Assembly (NCBI RefSeq): GCF_963921235.1 | Contig: NC_086097.1 | Coordinates: forward strand, 111,540,001-111,604,000 | DNA length: 64,000 nucleotides | Source of the DNA: Mobula hypostoma | Lineage: Eukaryota | Reading direction: 5' to 3' | The notes under the pieces: generated by a model | The model's database searches: none | What the model was told of the DNA's origin: nothing | Seen by the model: the letters and a program-made list of their open reading frames with translations, nothing else | Translations under genes and position numbers: made by a program | Part shown: positions 11,469-23,646 of the stretch, one piece after another | How the letters are laid out: the number at the start of each line of letters is the position of its first letter | How positions within the stretch are numbered: position 1 is the first letter of the stretch

Positions 11469-12142
11469 TTAGATAGGTCAAGATTATTTTTGGAGTGGAG
11501 CAGACTAAAGGGTTGGGGGGCATAGAAGAGGGTAGATAGTAGGAAAGTTATCACCATCGTTGTTCAAAATTCAAAGGAATAAGTTTAAGTAAAGAGATAA
11601 ACAGGTTTAGAGGGGATTTGAGGAAAGAATTTTCAGAGGATGTTTTGAATCTGGAATGCACTGCCTGAATTGGTGGCAGAATCAGCTACTCTCACAGTAG
11701 TTTTACACAGAACTAAAGTGGAGAATAAATAAACAACTGTAACTTCTCCCAGTAAAATCAGTATGATTTTTCTAAAGTATGCATGGACTGGAGGAGTTGC
11801 ATGTAACTAAATGTATGAACTTATACATTATGCCATTATTGAATTGCTCAAAACGTATAAAATAAAGTAAGTACAAGTATTAATCATATTCATGTAGAGC
11901 AGTATGGCCACAAGCTGATTGACAAAGGAATTGCTCTATCATCTCCACTTTTGCTAACTAAATCAGTGTCACTACAAACAACATTTTCGATTTTTTGCTA
12001 ATATACTGAGTGATGACGATGCTGCCTGTTGCTGTGATGAAGTGAGCAAAGGTGCACAGAAAGTAGTCAGAAAATTAAATAGTCTTACAGAAGTTTATCA
12101 GTGTACATTCAAATGACCTTTTCCACTTCCTATATTTTTAAG

Positions 12143-12284
12143 TGTGTCCCTCCTGGGGTTGAACCAGTGCGTCAATGTACGTGGATAATAAAACTTTTCC
12201 GTGCCTTAGTGACTCAGCATGCAAACGTCGAGAGTATTGGACCATTTCCACTTCATTCCATCCTCAAACTTGCTATAAGGACCA
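12143..12284 (+). CDS. TRANK1: TRANK1 exon (window exon 4; ankyrin-like)
   Basis: ttaag| CVPPGVE...HANVESIGPFPLHSILKLAIRT A|gtaagt. Phase 0/1. Confidence 0.85.
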
Positions 12285-13729
12285 GTAAGTATTTTTTAAA
12301 AATTAAAATCTGTTGCATTGCATTCTTAGTCATAGCACTCACGCTAATAATTTGGAAGTTCATAGTCTCAAATCCCACTTCAGAAAAAAGCACAAGTAAT
12401 CTTGGCTGACACTTTTTTGCATCTCTGGGGAACGCTGATAAACATAAAAGATCATCTGAAGTTGCTGAAGAAAGGCAACAAAATTTTGGACCAGCCAATT
12501 TTTAAGCCTTCATTAATGCTGCCAATAATATATTTTTCATTGCTGTTGGTAGGATCTAGTAGTATGCAAATTAGCTACAAAGTTTCGCAATATTATAATA
12601 GCTACACAATAAAATTCTTTGTTGAGAAGCACTTAGCATTTGTTTTTACAATGTTTCCTTTAGAAAATATGTTTATTTGAAGTAAGATTGATGGAGTTTC
12701 TATTTGCATTCTTGAGACTTCATGGAGTTCACAGAATTTAGAGTGCGCCCTTTCACACAGTAGGACAAATGCAAGAAAACCAAATCTTGTGACCATGCCG
12801 TAAGCACTTCAGATGCATTTCATAACATAAAGGAAGCCAAATCTAGAGTTGAATCAGATTTATTAGCATAATATTTGAGCCCAAGTTAATTTTTAGGCTA
12901 TATAGTTGCTTTATCTCCAAGAGCTTTTTTCATCTCCAACAGCTTTTTTCATCTCCATATTGTTGCCTCTGCAATGTCTCAACTCATTTGTTCCAGAATA
13001 CCCAATTAATGCTTTTGTTACCTCTGGGTTTCAGTGTTGACCTTATCTGTATCCCATCCATAAACACAAATCCATCCAGCATTTTACCATACAAATCAGA
13101 ATAAATTTCATTCACCTATTGTCCTAGTATTTGTGGATCTTATTGCTGCACGATCTCACAGTGCGTTGATTCTTAATACGCACAACAGCTAAGCTTTCGC
13201 TTTCTCTACACCTCCAATATCCTATATATCTTCAAGTTTTCTGCAGTACTCCAGCTTTGGTTCCTGCAGCATTCATATTGTCAATTGTTGCACTGTTGTC
13301 ATGTGTACATTCTCTTTCGATTCTAAACTAGTCTTACTACCCATCTTTCCCCTTTTAAGATGATTCTTCAACCATATCTCTTTTGAAAGCTGGATAAAAA
13401 TTTGGTTAAGGATCTGTTAATGTGCCTCTGTTTATGTGTCTCTGTTTAATAGTGCATAGTACCATGTGATGTTTTACCGTGCTAAAGAGACAACATTTTT
13501 TAAAAAGTTATGCAGTGTTGATATCTTGCATTTATATGCTGTTCTTCTTATATTCTGGTTATGTTAGTCAAATGAATTCTTTTGAAGTGTGGCTACAAGT
13601 TGTATTCTTTCATTTTGGGGATTGTTTCTTAGAGCAGTATGTTGCAGAACCTACCCAAGAACAGGCAGTTTTAGAATAGATAGGTCAAGTATGATGAATG
13701 TATCATGTCATGTATGCAGAATAGGTCAT

Positions 13730-14470
13730 GTATGATTTCCACCCACACAGATTCAGTAGACAGTCTCTCCATAACATTCTCTCTTTCTGCAACTATGATA
13801 CTGTCCCTGATCAGCAGGGCCACTCCTCTTTTACCTCCCTCCCTGTCCCTTTTGAAACACTGAAAGCCCAGAACATCCAGCAGCCACTCCTGCCCTTGTG
13901 ACAACTGAGCTCCATAATGGCCACACTCTTGTTCCATGTACTTGCGATGCTCTGTAAGTTCATCAACTTTGTTCCTGATACTTGTTGCATTAAAACAGGT
14001 AAACTTCAATCCACCCTTCTACTGCAATTTTGCCCTAGCAACTGCCTTTCTTTCCTCACCAAATTTACATACTACATCTACCTTTATACCATATGCTCCA
14101 TCCTTTGACCTATTAATCTGCTTCCTGTTACTTTGCCAGACTAATTTAAACACTCCCCAATAGTTCTAGCAAATCTTCCCACAAAGATTTTGGTTCCCCT
14201 CAAGTTCAGGTGTAACCCATTCTTTTTATAAAGGTCATATCTTCTCCAGAAGAGATCCCAATCTCAATTCACAAATCTAAAACCCTACTCCCCTGCACCA
14301 ATTCCTCAGCCACATATTCATCTGCCAAATCATCTTATTTTTACCCTCACTGGCGTGTGGCAGAGTCCTGAGTTACTACCCTTAAGGTCTTGCTTTTCAT
14401 CCTCCTATCATAGCTCCCTATATTCACTCTTCAAGATCTCATCCCTTTTCCGACCTATGACGTTGGTACC
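13730..14470 (-). mobile_element. CR1 fragment (ORF1 end and endonuclease start)
   Basis: CFNATSIRNKVDEL...FQCFKRDREGGKRGVALLIRD. Confidence 0.75.
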
Positions 14471-14594
14471 AATATCAGAGTCGGAATCAGATTTATCTTC
14501 ACTGACTTGTGTGGGGAATGTTTTTTTTGGTTTTGCAGTAATACTGTACAATACACACAATGTACTATAAATTACAGTCAGAAATATGTATGCA

Positions 14595-14645
14595 TAGTAC
14601 TATGCAAAAGTCTGAGGCACATATATATGACTAGGCACAGTACTG
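14595..14645. mobile_element. Tc1-family micro-MITE (about 51 bp)
   Basis: TAGTACTATGCAAAAGTCTGAGGCAC...CACAGTACTG-TA. Same TIR family as the Tc1 at 31376-32982. Confidence 0.7.
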
Positions 14646-15012
14646 TAATTTTATATATTGCACTGTACTGCTGCCGCCAAAAAAAACACTTCATGATATA
14701 TGTGAGCTATGATAAAACCTGATATGGGTCTTAATTGTGAACTGAGAGTGGGAAGTGGGCAGGGAGAGGAGAAGCATGGTTGGGAAAAAGGGAAGGGAGA
14801 GGGGAGGGAGTGGGAAGCACCAGATAGACGTTCTGTAATGATCAATAAACCAGTTGTCTGGAATCCAATGACCTTGCCTGGTGTCTCAGAGCTGGGTGTA
14901 TCTGTACCAGTGCCACCCCTTGCCCTTGGCACTCCTTCTCTGCCACCTGTCCCATACCCTTCCCATGGCTGCCAGATTTACAAACTTGCTCTCAACTCCA
15001 AGTTGACAAATA

Positions 15013-15064
15013 CAGTATTGTGCAAAAGTCTTGGGCACCCTAGCTATATATATGCACAGTACTG
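15013..15064. mobile_element. Tc1-family micro-MITE (52 bp), TA-flanked
   Basis: TA-CAGTATTGTGCAAAAGTCTTGGGCAC-CCTAGCTATATATAT-GCACAGTACTG-TA. Confidence 0.75.
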
Positions 15065-15119
15065 TATAATGTAAAATACGTAGTGCAACTTTTTCAATCT
15101 TGTACATTGGCCCCTCCAT

Positions 15120-16220
15120 ACCAGAAGGTGATGCAGTTGGTTAGAATGCTCTCCACAGCACCTGCAGAAATTTGCTAGTCTTTGTTGACGTACCTAATCT
15201 CCTGAAATTCCTAATGAAGTATAGCTGCTGACATGTTTTCTTTGCAACTGCATCAATATTTTGCATCCAGGATATATCTTTGGAGATGTTGACACCCAGG
15301 AACTTGAAACTGTTCACGCTTTCTAATGCTGACCCCCTTGATGTGTGTTCTCTTCCTGAAGTCCAGACCAACTTCTTTGGTCTTACTGACATCAAGTGCA
15401 AGGTTGTTGCAACACCATTCAACCTGTCGATCTATCTCATTCCTGTATGCTTCCATGTCTCTATCGTAACTTCTGCTGATAGCAGTTAAATTTATAGATG
15501 GTGTTTATGCTGTGCCTAGCCATGTCAGTCATGGGTATAGAGAGAGCAGAGCAATGGGCTAAGTGTGCATGCCTGTGGTATGCCCTGTGTTGATTGTTAG
15601 TGATAAAGAGATATTATTTTCTGATCCACATTGACCTCCTAATGAAGAAGTCTAGGAAGAATCCAGTTGCAGAGATACGTATAGAAGCCTAGGTTTTAAA
15701 ACTTATTTGATTAGTACTGAGAGGATGATGATGTGGAGCAGACTCAAAGGGCCGAATGGCCTGCTTCTGCTCCTATATCTTATGTTCTTATGTAGAATGC
15801 TGAGCTATAATCGATAAACAACAGCCTGATGCAAGTATTGCCATTGTCCAGGTGGTCCAAAACCCAGTAGCGAGCCAGTGAGATTGCATCCTCTGTAGAC
15901 CTATTGTGGCTGTAGGCATACTGCAGTGTGTCCAGGCCCTTGTTTAGGCAGGAGTTAATTCTAGCCATGATCAACCTTTCCAAGCTCTTCATCACAGGAA
16001 ATACGAGCGATAGTCACTGAGGCAGCTTACTTTGTTCTTCTTGGGCGTCTTGATGCCCATTTGAATCAGATAGGAACCTCCAACTGCAACAATCTGAATT
16101 TGAAGATGTCTTTTAGAACTTGAAACATGGGAATTGGGCTGCACAGGTTTTCAGTGCCCTAACGGGTACACCATCAGAGCCTGATGCCTTGCGAGGGTTC
16201 ACCCTCTAGAAAGATCTTCT
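15120..16220 (-). mobile_element. Rex1/Babar-like LINE RT fragments
   Basis: MKSLERLIMARINSCL...QYAYSHNRSTEDAI...RLLFIDYSSAF; WCCNNLALDVSKTKEV; FKFLGVNIS. Confidence 0.8.
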
Positions 16221-16389
16221 TGGTGCAATTCTCTGAGACAGAATGCTCACCTATCAAGTCTTGCCCTGGTTTATTTCCCAAAACAGTGTCCAGTATGTTT
16301 TTTCCTCTGGTTGGACTCTGCACATATCGTCTCAAGAATACCTCTTGGATGCACTGAAGAGATGCCAAACTAAGCTGCTCACTGCAAAA

Positions 16390-17570
16390 GGACATGGTGC
16401 AAGCACTCAAGGATAAAGGAGGGAATTTGTGCTTGGAGTCAGCATGTGGCTGATTTACTAAGTTATTACTTTGTGTTGGTGTTTACTGAAGAGAAGGATA
16501 TGGAGGATGGTGAAAGCAGTATGATGTGCTGATGTGCCAAGTATTTGAGGTTAAGGAGGATGTGGTGCTGGGTTTTCTGAAAAGCCTTAAGTTAGATAAA
16601 TCAGTAGGTTCTGATAGCATATGTTCCAGAAAGAAGCAAGTGAGGAGATTCCCGGGGCTTTGACAAAGATCTCTGTGTACTCAATAGTAACAGGCTCGGT
16701 CCTGGAACACTCAGGAGTAACAGATGTTGAAGTATGCAAATAGGGATAACCTAGATAATCTGGGTGATCGGTAGGCAAGCTCTTTGGGAGAATACAGAGG
16801 CATAGGAGTTGGGGACATTTTGGAAATGTCAAATAAAAAGAGAAAGTATATAGTTAATGGTAGACTCTTATAGTACTGAGCTACAGAAGGATCTTTGCAT
16901 CCAGGTTCAGAGTTCACTGAAAATTATGAAAATGGATTAGGTAGTAATGAAGGTGTATGGTATGGTTGCCTTCATTAATAGAGGCATTGAGTATAGTAGA
17001 TTAGCAGTCATGTTGCAGCTGTATAAAGCTTTAATCAGGATGTACTTGGACTATTGCCTGCAATTTTGGTTGACCCATTTTAGGAAGGATGTGGAAAGGG
17101 TGCAAGAGAGGTTTACTGGAATGCTGCCTGGATTAGAGGGCATGAACTGTAAACTTGGGTTATTCTCATTAGAGTGTTGCGGGCTGAGGGGTTGACCGGA
17201 AAGAGATCTTTAAAATTTTGAGAGGCAAAGAAAGAATAGACTGTCAGAATCTTCCAAGAATTTACCCAGAATAGAAACATCAAACTCCAGAGGATATGCT
17301 TTTAAAACCCGGGGGGGGGGGGGGGGGGGGTGTTAATGCAGAGTGGTAGGTTCCTGGAATAATTACCAGGGGCAGCACTTTGATGGAGTTTTCAAGCTTT
17401 TAGGTATACACGTAAATATGAAGGGAATGGAGGGATATGGATGATACACAGTCGGCACAACATTGTGCACCAAACTGTACTCTACTGTTCTATGATACAC
17501 AGAAGGACATTTCATATATCAGAGTATGTATAATATTGTGGGCTGAATGGCCTGTGCACAGGCTGTACTA
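16390..17570 (+). mobile_element. Decayed CR1 RT and 3' fragments
   Basis: YGMVAFINRGIEYS...LYKALIR..LDYCLQFW...ERVQERFTGMLPGL. Confidence 0.75.
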
Positions 17571-17940
17571 AAACAATAGAAAACAGGGAATGAATTCTGG
17601 CCTTGCAGGATCTCTTGGGTTAGTGTGTTTTTTTTCATGAAAAAACAATTTTGTTCCTTCACAATTTATCACAGAACATCTTTCAATTGAAATACTGAAT
17701 TATTATCACGAGTGCCATTTTCAGATGTTAACATTTCTGTTTTCACAAGGAGGAGCATTAATGGTCAGCATTTTAATGACATTTGTTGATTTCTCACACT
17801 TACCAGGGAAGTTCTCAAAACATTGTCATCTAACCCATGATTGTAATAACTCACCACTTTTCTGTGCAGATACAGTAGCTGAGCAAGTAGAAAGCTAACT
17901 GTCCCGTTGCTATTTTACTGTTTTATTATTTTCATCATAG

Positions 17941-18081
17941 ATGATAAAAAACTCTTTAAGTGGATTCTAAATCAAAAACCATCCCTGAACGACACAATTA
18001 ACCACCAGGATGAAGATGGCCAATCTCTTTTACATATAGTGGCTTCTTGGCACACAATGGCAAATGGATATAGTCGGAATT
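17941..18081 (+). CDS. TRANK1: TRANK1 exon (window exon 5; ankyrin repeat)
   Basis: catag| NDKKLFKWILNQKPSLNDTINHQDEDGQSLLHIVAS...YSRN T|gtaagt. Phase 1/1. Confidence 0.9.
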
Positions 18082-18214
18082 GTAAGTAGTAAATTGTACT
18101 GTGGTATACAAACATGCCAGTTTTTCAAATTTTTCAGATAGTGTTGATAATTATAAGTATATATAATGAAGAATGTGTTTAAGACTGTGACAGCTGTGTT
18201 AAAATGTTTGAATC

Positions 18215-18590
18215 AGAATCTGGTTTAATATTTTTTGCGGCAGCAGTACAATACAATACATAATAAAAACTGATTTACAGAAAATGTCCATTCAGAAATT
18301 GGATGGCAGAGTGGAAGAAGCTGTTCCTTAATCTTTGAGTGGGTACCTTCGGGCTACTGTATCTCCTTCCTGCTGATATCAGTGAGAACAGGGCATTTCC
18401 TGGGCAGTGGGGTCCTTAATGATGGATGCTGCCTTGTTATGGCATTACTCCTTGAAGATGTCCTGTATGCTGGGAAGGCTAGTGCCCATGATGGAATTGA
18501 CTGAGTTCACAACTTCCTGCCCCTTCGATCCTGTGCAGTGCTCCTCCCCCATACCAGACGGTGTTGCGGCTAGTTAAAATGCTCTCCATG
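18215..18590 (-). mobile_element. Rex/Babar-like LINE 3' end fragment
   Basis: GAATCAGAATC tail and sequence shared with the other Rex-like 3' ends in the window. Confidence 0.55.
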
Positions 18591-19961
18591 GAATACAGTA
18601 CTGAGTGATCCATTATAAAATTAATGACACTCAAATATTCAAAGTAATCTGAATTGTACCAGCTAGAGTTTATTCACTTTGACTGCTACTTGCAGGAGGT
18701 AATTCAAGGGTTAACAGACCTATTGTCATTTTTCTTTTATTATCTACAAACCAACTAGCAAGGAGTTAAAGATATGAAAAAGGGTAAGGGAAAAGAGAAA
18801 ACTGAGTGAAATAAGGGTGAGACAACAGAAGCTGGAGCATTAAGACATTTGCATATGGGTCATAGGCAAATTTAATTATCAAAGGATTTTACTGTAGTAC
18901 AGTTTTTGGGTCAGTGACTATGACAAAGACAAATTCTTCCTCATTTTCTAGCTTTCCCTGAAGCCAATATACCCAAAGTTGCTGAGGGAGGGTGAGGTGG
19001 AGAGAGCAAAAAGCCTAGAACAGAGGACTGGAGAATAGTAAAAGTTGAAATGCTTTTCTTAAAAGGAGAGAATGTAAGAACATCCATGGTAACAAAAGAA
19101 CCTTGCTTTAACCTTAATTGTCAGGAAATTACAAAGTATGGATACTTGGGGTGTTGCCAAAGTAGAGCCAAGAGAACTTTGTTGAAAGTTTGACTGAGGA
19201 AATAAATGCAAGTCAATTCATGAACTGGACTATATATAAATTACATGGATTTTTGGAGGCATTTGATAAAAATGGGCATGAAAGATGGTCAGCAAAATTG
19301 AAACCTTGGAAATGGAGTCAATAGGGGTATGGTCAGCAAATAGGTGGGAAGCAGACAGAAGTGAGAAATGATTGTCTACCAATTTTCTGGCTGAAAAACT
19401 GATGTTTCCCAAGGATTATTGCTGGGACATTTTACCTTTTTTTTGGGTGCGTGCAATGTGTATTGTAATATTAACACATTGACAGATGACATTTATCTTG
19501 GAAGCATGGTAAACCGCTGGAAATATAATATCAAGTAGTCATAAATTGGTTAACTGAATCATAGCATATAGAAGGTAATGAAGTGATACATTTTAACATT
19601 AGAATTAGGAAAGATCATATTGAATAAATTCTGGTTGTACATATGCATAAACCCCTAAAAGTAGTAAGGCATGTTGAGAAAGTAGTCAGTAAAGCACCTG
19701 GAACCATGTTAATCATAATTGAGGCCTAGAGCACAATTGTGCAGGGCCTGCCCAGGTTATGAACATGTGATTGATGTACAAGCCATACACATGAACACGC
19801 AAAGTGTACTTTGCTGGATGCTGCATGGCTGCAAGTGTCTTTTGTTACCTGGGAACTCTGTTTGTAACCATGTTTCTGACATGAAATCTTTTCTTATGAA
19901 CTTTCTTGGTTACGGACAACTCCCAAGAAATGGACCCTGCTACAGTGTAAGGGGAATCTGT

Positions 19962-20068
19962 ACATCAAACATGGAGGAACTCAGCAGGTCAGGCAGCATC
20001 TATGGAAAAGATTAAACAGTTGACGTTTCGGGCCAAGACCCTTAAGCATCTTGGGTTTCCAGCATCTT
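19962..20068 (-). repeat. Penelope-type terminal repeat copy with partial hammerhead motif
   Basis: The minus strand reads AAGGGTCTTGGCCCGAAACGTCAACT...AGATGCTGCCTGACCTGCTGAGTTCCTCC. The CUGANGA box is lost. Confidence 0.7.
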
Positions 20069-20149
20069 GTTGTGATTTGACATTTTTTTTTACCCTGGGG
20101 AAAATAACTTTTGACTGTCCACCTTAATAATTTCCTGATTTTAGGAAAA

Positions 20150-20560
20150 GTAGGAGGGCAAACGTGCCAGTGTACATTGGGAAATCAGCGATGAAGAGAG
20201 TCAGGTTTAGATTCCTGGGCATTAACATATCGGATGACTTGTCCTGCGTCTGTCACACAGATACAATCATAAGGAAAGCACATTAGCATCTTTACTTTCT
20301 TAAGAGGTTGAAGAGGTTTGGCTTGTTACTAAACACTCTTAACAAATATCTACAAATGTACTGTTGGAAGTATCCTGACTGCATAACAGTCTGCTACAGC
20401 TATTTGCATATACAAGAACATGAAAAGCTGCAGAGAGAAGTGGATGCTGCATATCCCTCCCCTCCACCAGTTGCATCTACAGGAGGCACTGCCATCATCA
20501 AAGATCCCCACCATCTGGGCTATGCCATCTTCTAACAGCTACCATCAGGCAGGAGGTGCA
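20150..20560 (+). mobile_element. Rex/Babar-like LINE C-terminal fragment
   Basis: FRFLGINISDDLS-like and IIKDPHHLGYAIF remnants. Confidence 0.65.
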
Positions 20561-20569
20561 AGGGTCCTG

Positions 20570-22160
20570 CCATTAACTGTCCTTTGCATTTGATCTTCCA
20601 TTACATTACATTCTTACATTTGAAGAGCAGTGCCTCACTCCTGGCAAGCTTAAACACCATCTGCCACTTTTCCATCCCCATATCTGCAATAGATCTATAT
20701 CCTGCTGTATCATTTGGCAATCTTCTATACTGTCCATAACACCACTAGTCTTTGTATTGTCTGCAAACCTATTAACCACCCATCCTTATTTTCACCCAGG
20801 TCATTTACGTATATCTACAAACAGCAGAGGTCCCAGTACAGATCCATGTGGAACACCTCTAGTCATGGTCCTCCAGCCAGAATAAATACTGTTCTATGTC
20901 TTCCAAGGGCAAAGAAATTCTGAATACAAATGCTAGCCACTGTGAGCCATGCATTACTATCTTCATCAATTGTTTTGCCACCTCCTCAAAAAAGTGCATT
21001 GGATGTGATTTGCCCTGCACAAAGCTATGCTGACTGTCACTAATTAATCAGTGGGTCTCCAAATGTTCATCAATTTTATCCCTAAGAATCCTCTCCAACA
21101 GCTGCTCTGTCACAGGCTTGAGATTTGCAGGTCTATGGTTACCAGGATTATCCCTGTTTCCCTCCTTAAGCGATGGATCTTTAGTTACTCGTTACTCCTC
21201 TGAGATTGCAACTAGAGAGGACATGATGAATTTGGTCAGAGCCTCAACAATCTCATCCCTTACCTCGCTCTATAGACTGGGGTTTATCACTTTAGGTCCT
21301 GGGTGCTTATCCCCTTAATGTTCTTCAAGATACCCAGCACTACCTGTCCCTTAATTTCAAAAATGTCCCATCATATTAGCACAGTCCGCACTTACCTGAC
21401 TCTCCTCCACTTTCTTCCTTGTAAATACTGATGCAAAGTTTTGATTTAGGACCTCATCCACATTTGCCTCCGAGCACGCTTCTTCCTCCTTTATCTTTCT
21501 CCACAGTTACCTTCTTACAGGTGTAGAATGCCTTGAACTTTGCTTTAATCCTGCTTGCCAAGGATATTTCTTAGCTACTTCTGGCTCTCCTAATTCCCTT
21601 CTTGGGTTCTTTTTCAGCTCTTGATAATCCTCAAGCTCCTTGTTTGATTTTAATTCCGAAACCTTACATATACTTTTCTTTTTCTTCTTGACTAATTTCA
21701 CCACCTGTCTTGTAAACCAAGAATCCCTTACCTTGCCATTCTTGTCTTTCCTTCTTATTGGAAAATACCTGACTTGTACTCTGTGCACTCAGATGCGGTC
21801 CAGCTACTCTCCTTTGTTCCTCCTTAATACTCTTGCAGTGTGCCAATTTAATACTCTCCAATGCTTCTCCTTATTCATGGTTATGACACTATTTCCTAAA
21901 TGTTCTCCCACCGAAATGTCAATCATTCAACCACCTCGGTCCAGTATATCTGCTCCCCCCCACCCCCACCGTTCAGCTGTTTTAAGTAACCCACTTGAAT
22001 GCATGTAATAAATTCTGCCCCACCTAAACCTCTTGCACTGGGGAGGTCTCATTCCATAAAGGTGAAGTTAAACTCGTACGTGACAAGACCGTTATTTTTA
22101 ACGCTTTTCCTCGTCTGCATGCATATCTGTTCCTCAACATCCCAGTGGTTACTGGGCTGC
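20570..22160 (-). mobile_element. Decayed CR1 ORF2 fragments
   Basis: PIRRKDKNGKVRDSWFTRQVVKLVKKKK and RT remnants on the minus strand. Confidence 0.7.
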
Positions 22161-22258
22161 CTAACCCACTGAGTTCCTCTGATTTCAGCATCTGAAATCT
22201 ATTGTGTCTCAGTTTATGAAATGTTCACTTTTCCCAAACCCTTTTTCTCTTGCTGTAG

Positions 22259-22426
22259 GTCAGACTGAAGATGTCCGCACTCTTCTACAGTTAGGAGCTG
22301 ATCCCAGCGTTCCTGATAGATTAAACCAGCTTCCAGTTGATTATCTGCGGAAAAATAAGAACATTGTAGCAGTGGATTTGATCAATGAACACTGTACAGC
22401 TTTCTCAGCAAACCGAGCATTCAAAG
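22259..22426 (+). CDS. TRANK1: TRANK1 exon (window exon 6; ankyrin repeat)
   Basis: tgtag| CQTEDVRTLLQLGADPSVPDRLNQLPVDYLRKNKN...AFK G|gtatca. Phase 1/1. Confidence 0.9.
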
Positions 22427-22524
22427 GTATCAACATGCTGCATGGGTGACACTCTTTCACTTAAAAATGGGTGGAAATGCAGTACTTACTTTCTTTTTTA
22501 CTTTTTTTAAAATGATTCATGTAG

Positions 22525-22698
22525 AAACAGCAAGCCAGGTGGAGGAGTGTATGTCTGCTTTCCCTGTTGTTACATTGGAGGAGGCTGCTGCACAACTTAA
22601 GCAGTTTTGTGACTCACTTGACAGAGAGAAGCCATGCAAAAACTTGTTAGCCCAAAGACAAGTTCAAGTGTTTTTGCAACAGCTCTCCACACAGACAG
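22525..22698 (+). CDS. TRANK1: TRANK1 exon (window exon 7)
   Basis: tgtag| ETASQVEE...KNLLAQRQVQVFLQQLSTQT G|gtatgc. Phase 1/1. The upstream intron is 98 nt, and there is an alternative in-frame acceptor at 22531. Confidence 0.85.
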
Positions 22699-23159
22699 GT
22701 ATGCTTCCCTTTACAAATGTAATAAATGTCAAAGAGCAAGTAGTTTTAGTTGATCTATGTATTCTGTGGTTTTTTGCTTTTATTTTTCCCATTTGCACAA
22801 TTTTTGCACATCGGGGTGGTTGATGGTTTTCTTAAATGGGATCCATGGTTTTCTTTGTTTCAACTCTGTCTGTGGGAAGTCTATTCTCAGGTTGTATGCA
22901 GCATACATACATTGATAATAAATATACTTTGAACTTTGAATTCTTTTGTGCGTGGTAACCCGATTTCATTGTTGTTGGAGATTGAGAATCAATTGCAGTT
23001 AAGAGAAGAGCTCTAGTCTCAGGTCTCCCGGTTATTTGCCCTTGTGCTTGACATCACCTTTTATATGCAGTAGTTTCTGATGAATTGGGCCATCAATTGA
23101 TCGGGGAAGCCGCTTAGTAAAGAAGCCAACTTTTGAAGAACAAAAACGAATCAAGAACA

Positions 23160-23555
23160 TTGCTAGAATTCCCTTTGTTTATTTGGGAGACTATGTCGCT
23201 TAACTGGGGCAAACAGGTTCTTATTAGCTTCAGTCGTACACACTTGTGCGGTTGTTAGATGCTACACCGTGCTTAGAGTGATCTGTTTTTATGTTCAGAG
23301 AGCAGTGATTTTTGTTGGTGAGAAATAAGCAGTAAGACAATTCAGAACTGTAGTGTTCTCTGCGGTTTCAAGCATTGAGCCTTGGAGATGCCATTAACAC
23401 CCGGAAGTGAAAATGAAACAATTTCACTACTTCAAGTTAGGAACTATGAAGAATTTGAGGGTATCGACGATCATCTTGAATACTGCGATGAAAATGAAGA
23501 GTTGCAGGATGCAATCAGCAATAGGATTGTATGAAGTCAATCCATTATCTGCACT
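23160..23555 (+). mobile_element. Probable Tigger/pogo-like DNA transposon remnant
   Basis: Translates ISSKTIQNCSVLCGFKH and EEFEGIDDHLE, resembling the C-terminal TIxNCFxxxGF region of pogo-family transposases. TIRs not identified. Confidence 0.5.
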
Positions 23556-23646
23556 ACTCACAACACGCTGGAGGAACTCAGCAGGTCGGGCAGTTTCCGT
23601 GGAAATGATCAGTCAACATTTCGGGCCGGAACCCTTCATCAATACT
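23556..23646 (-). repeat. Penelope-type terminal repeat copy with degenerate hammerhead motif
   Basis: The minus strand reads TTGATGAAGGGTTCCGGCCCGAAATGTTGACT...CCTGCTGAGTTCCTCCAGC. Confidence 0.7.

Larger units (their letters stand above)
10385..11700 (+). mobile_element. Cluster of decayed CR1 3'-end fragments
   Basis: KDVTTLEKIMQGFARVLPGL..FSYKNRLDR and CR1-type 3' region sequence. Confidence 0.65.

Noticed and set aside
12908..12957. Short tandem duplication GCTTTTTTCATCTCCAACA (2-3 units)
   Set aside because: Simple slippage repeat with no spacers; not CRISPR-like.
17311..17330. G20 homopolymer (also C runs near 42617 and 53541)
   Set aside because: Lies inside decayed repeats and its length is unreliable in assemblies; no evidence of function.
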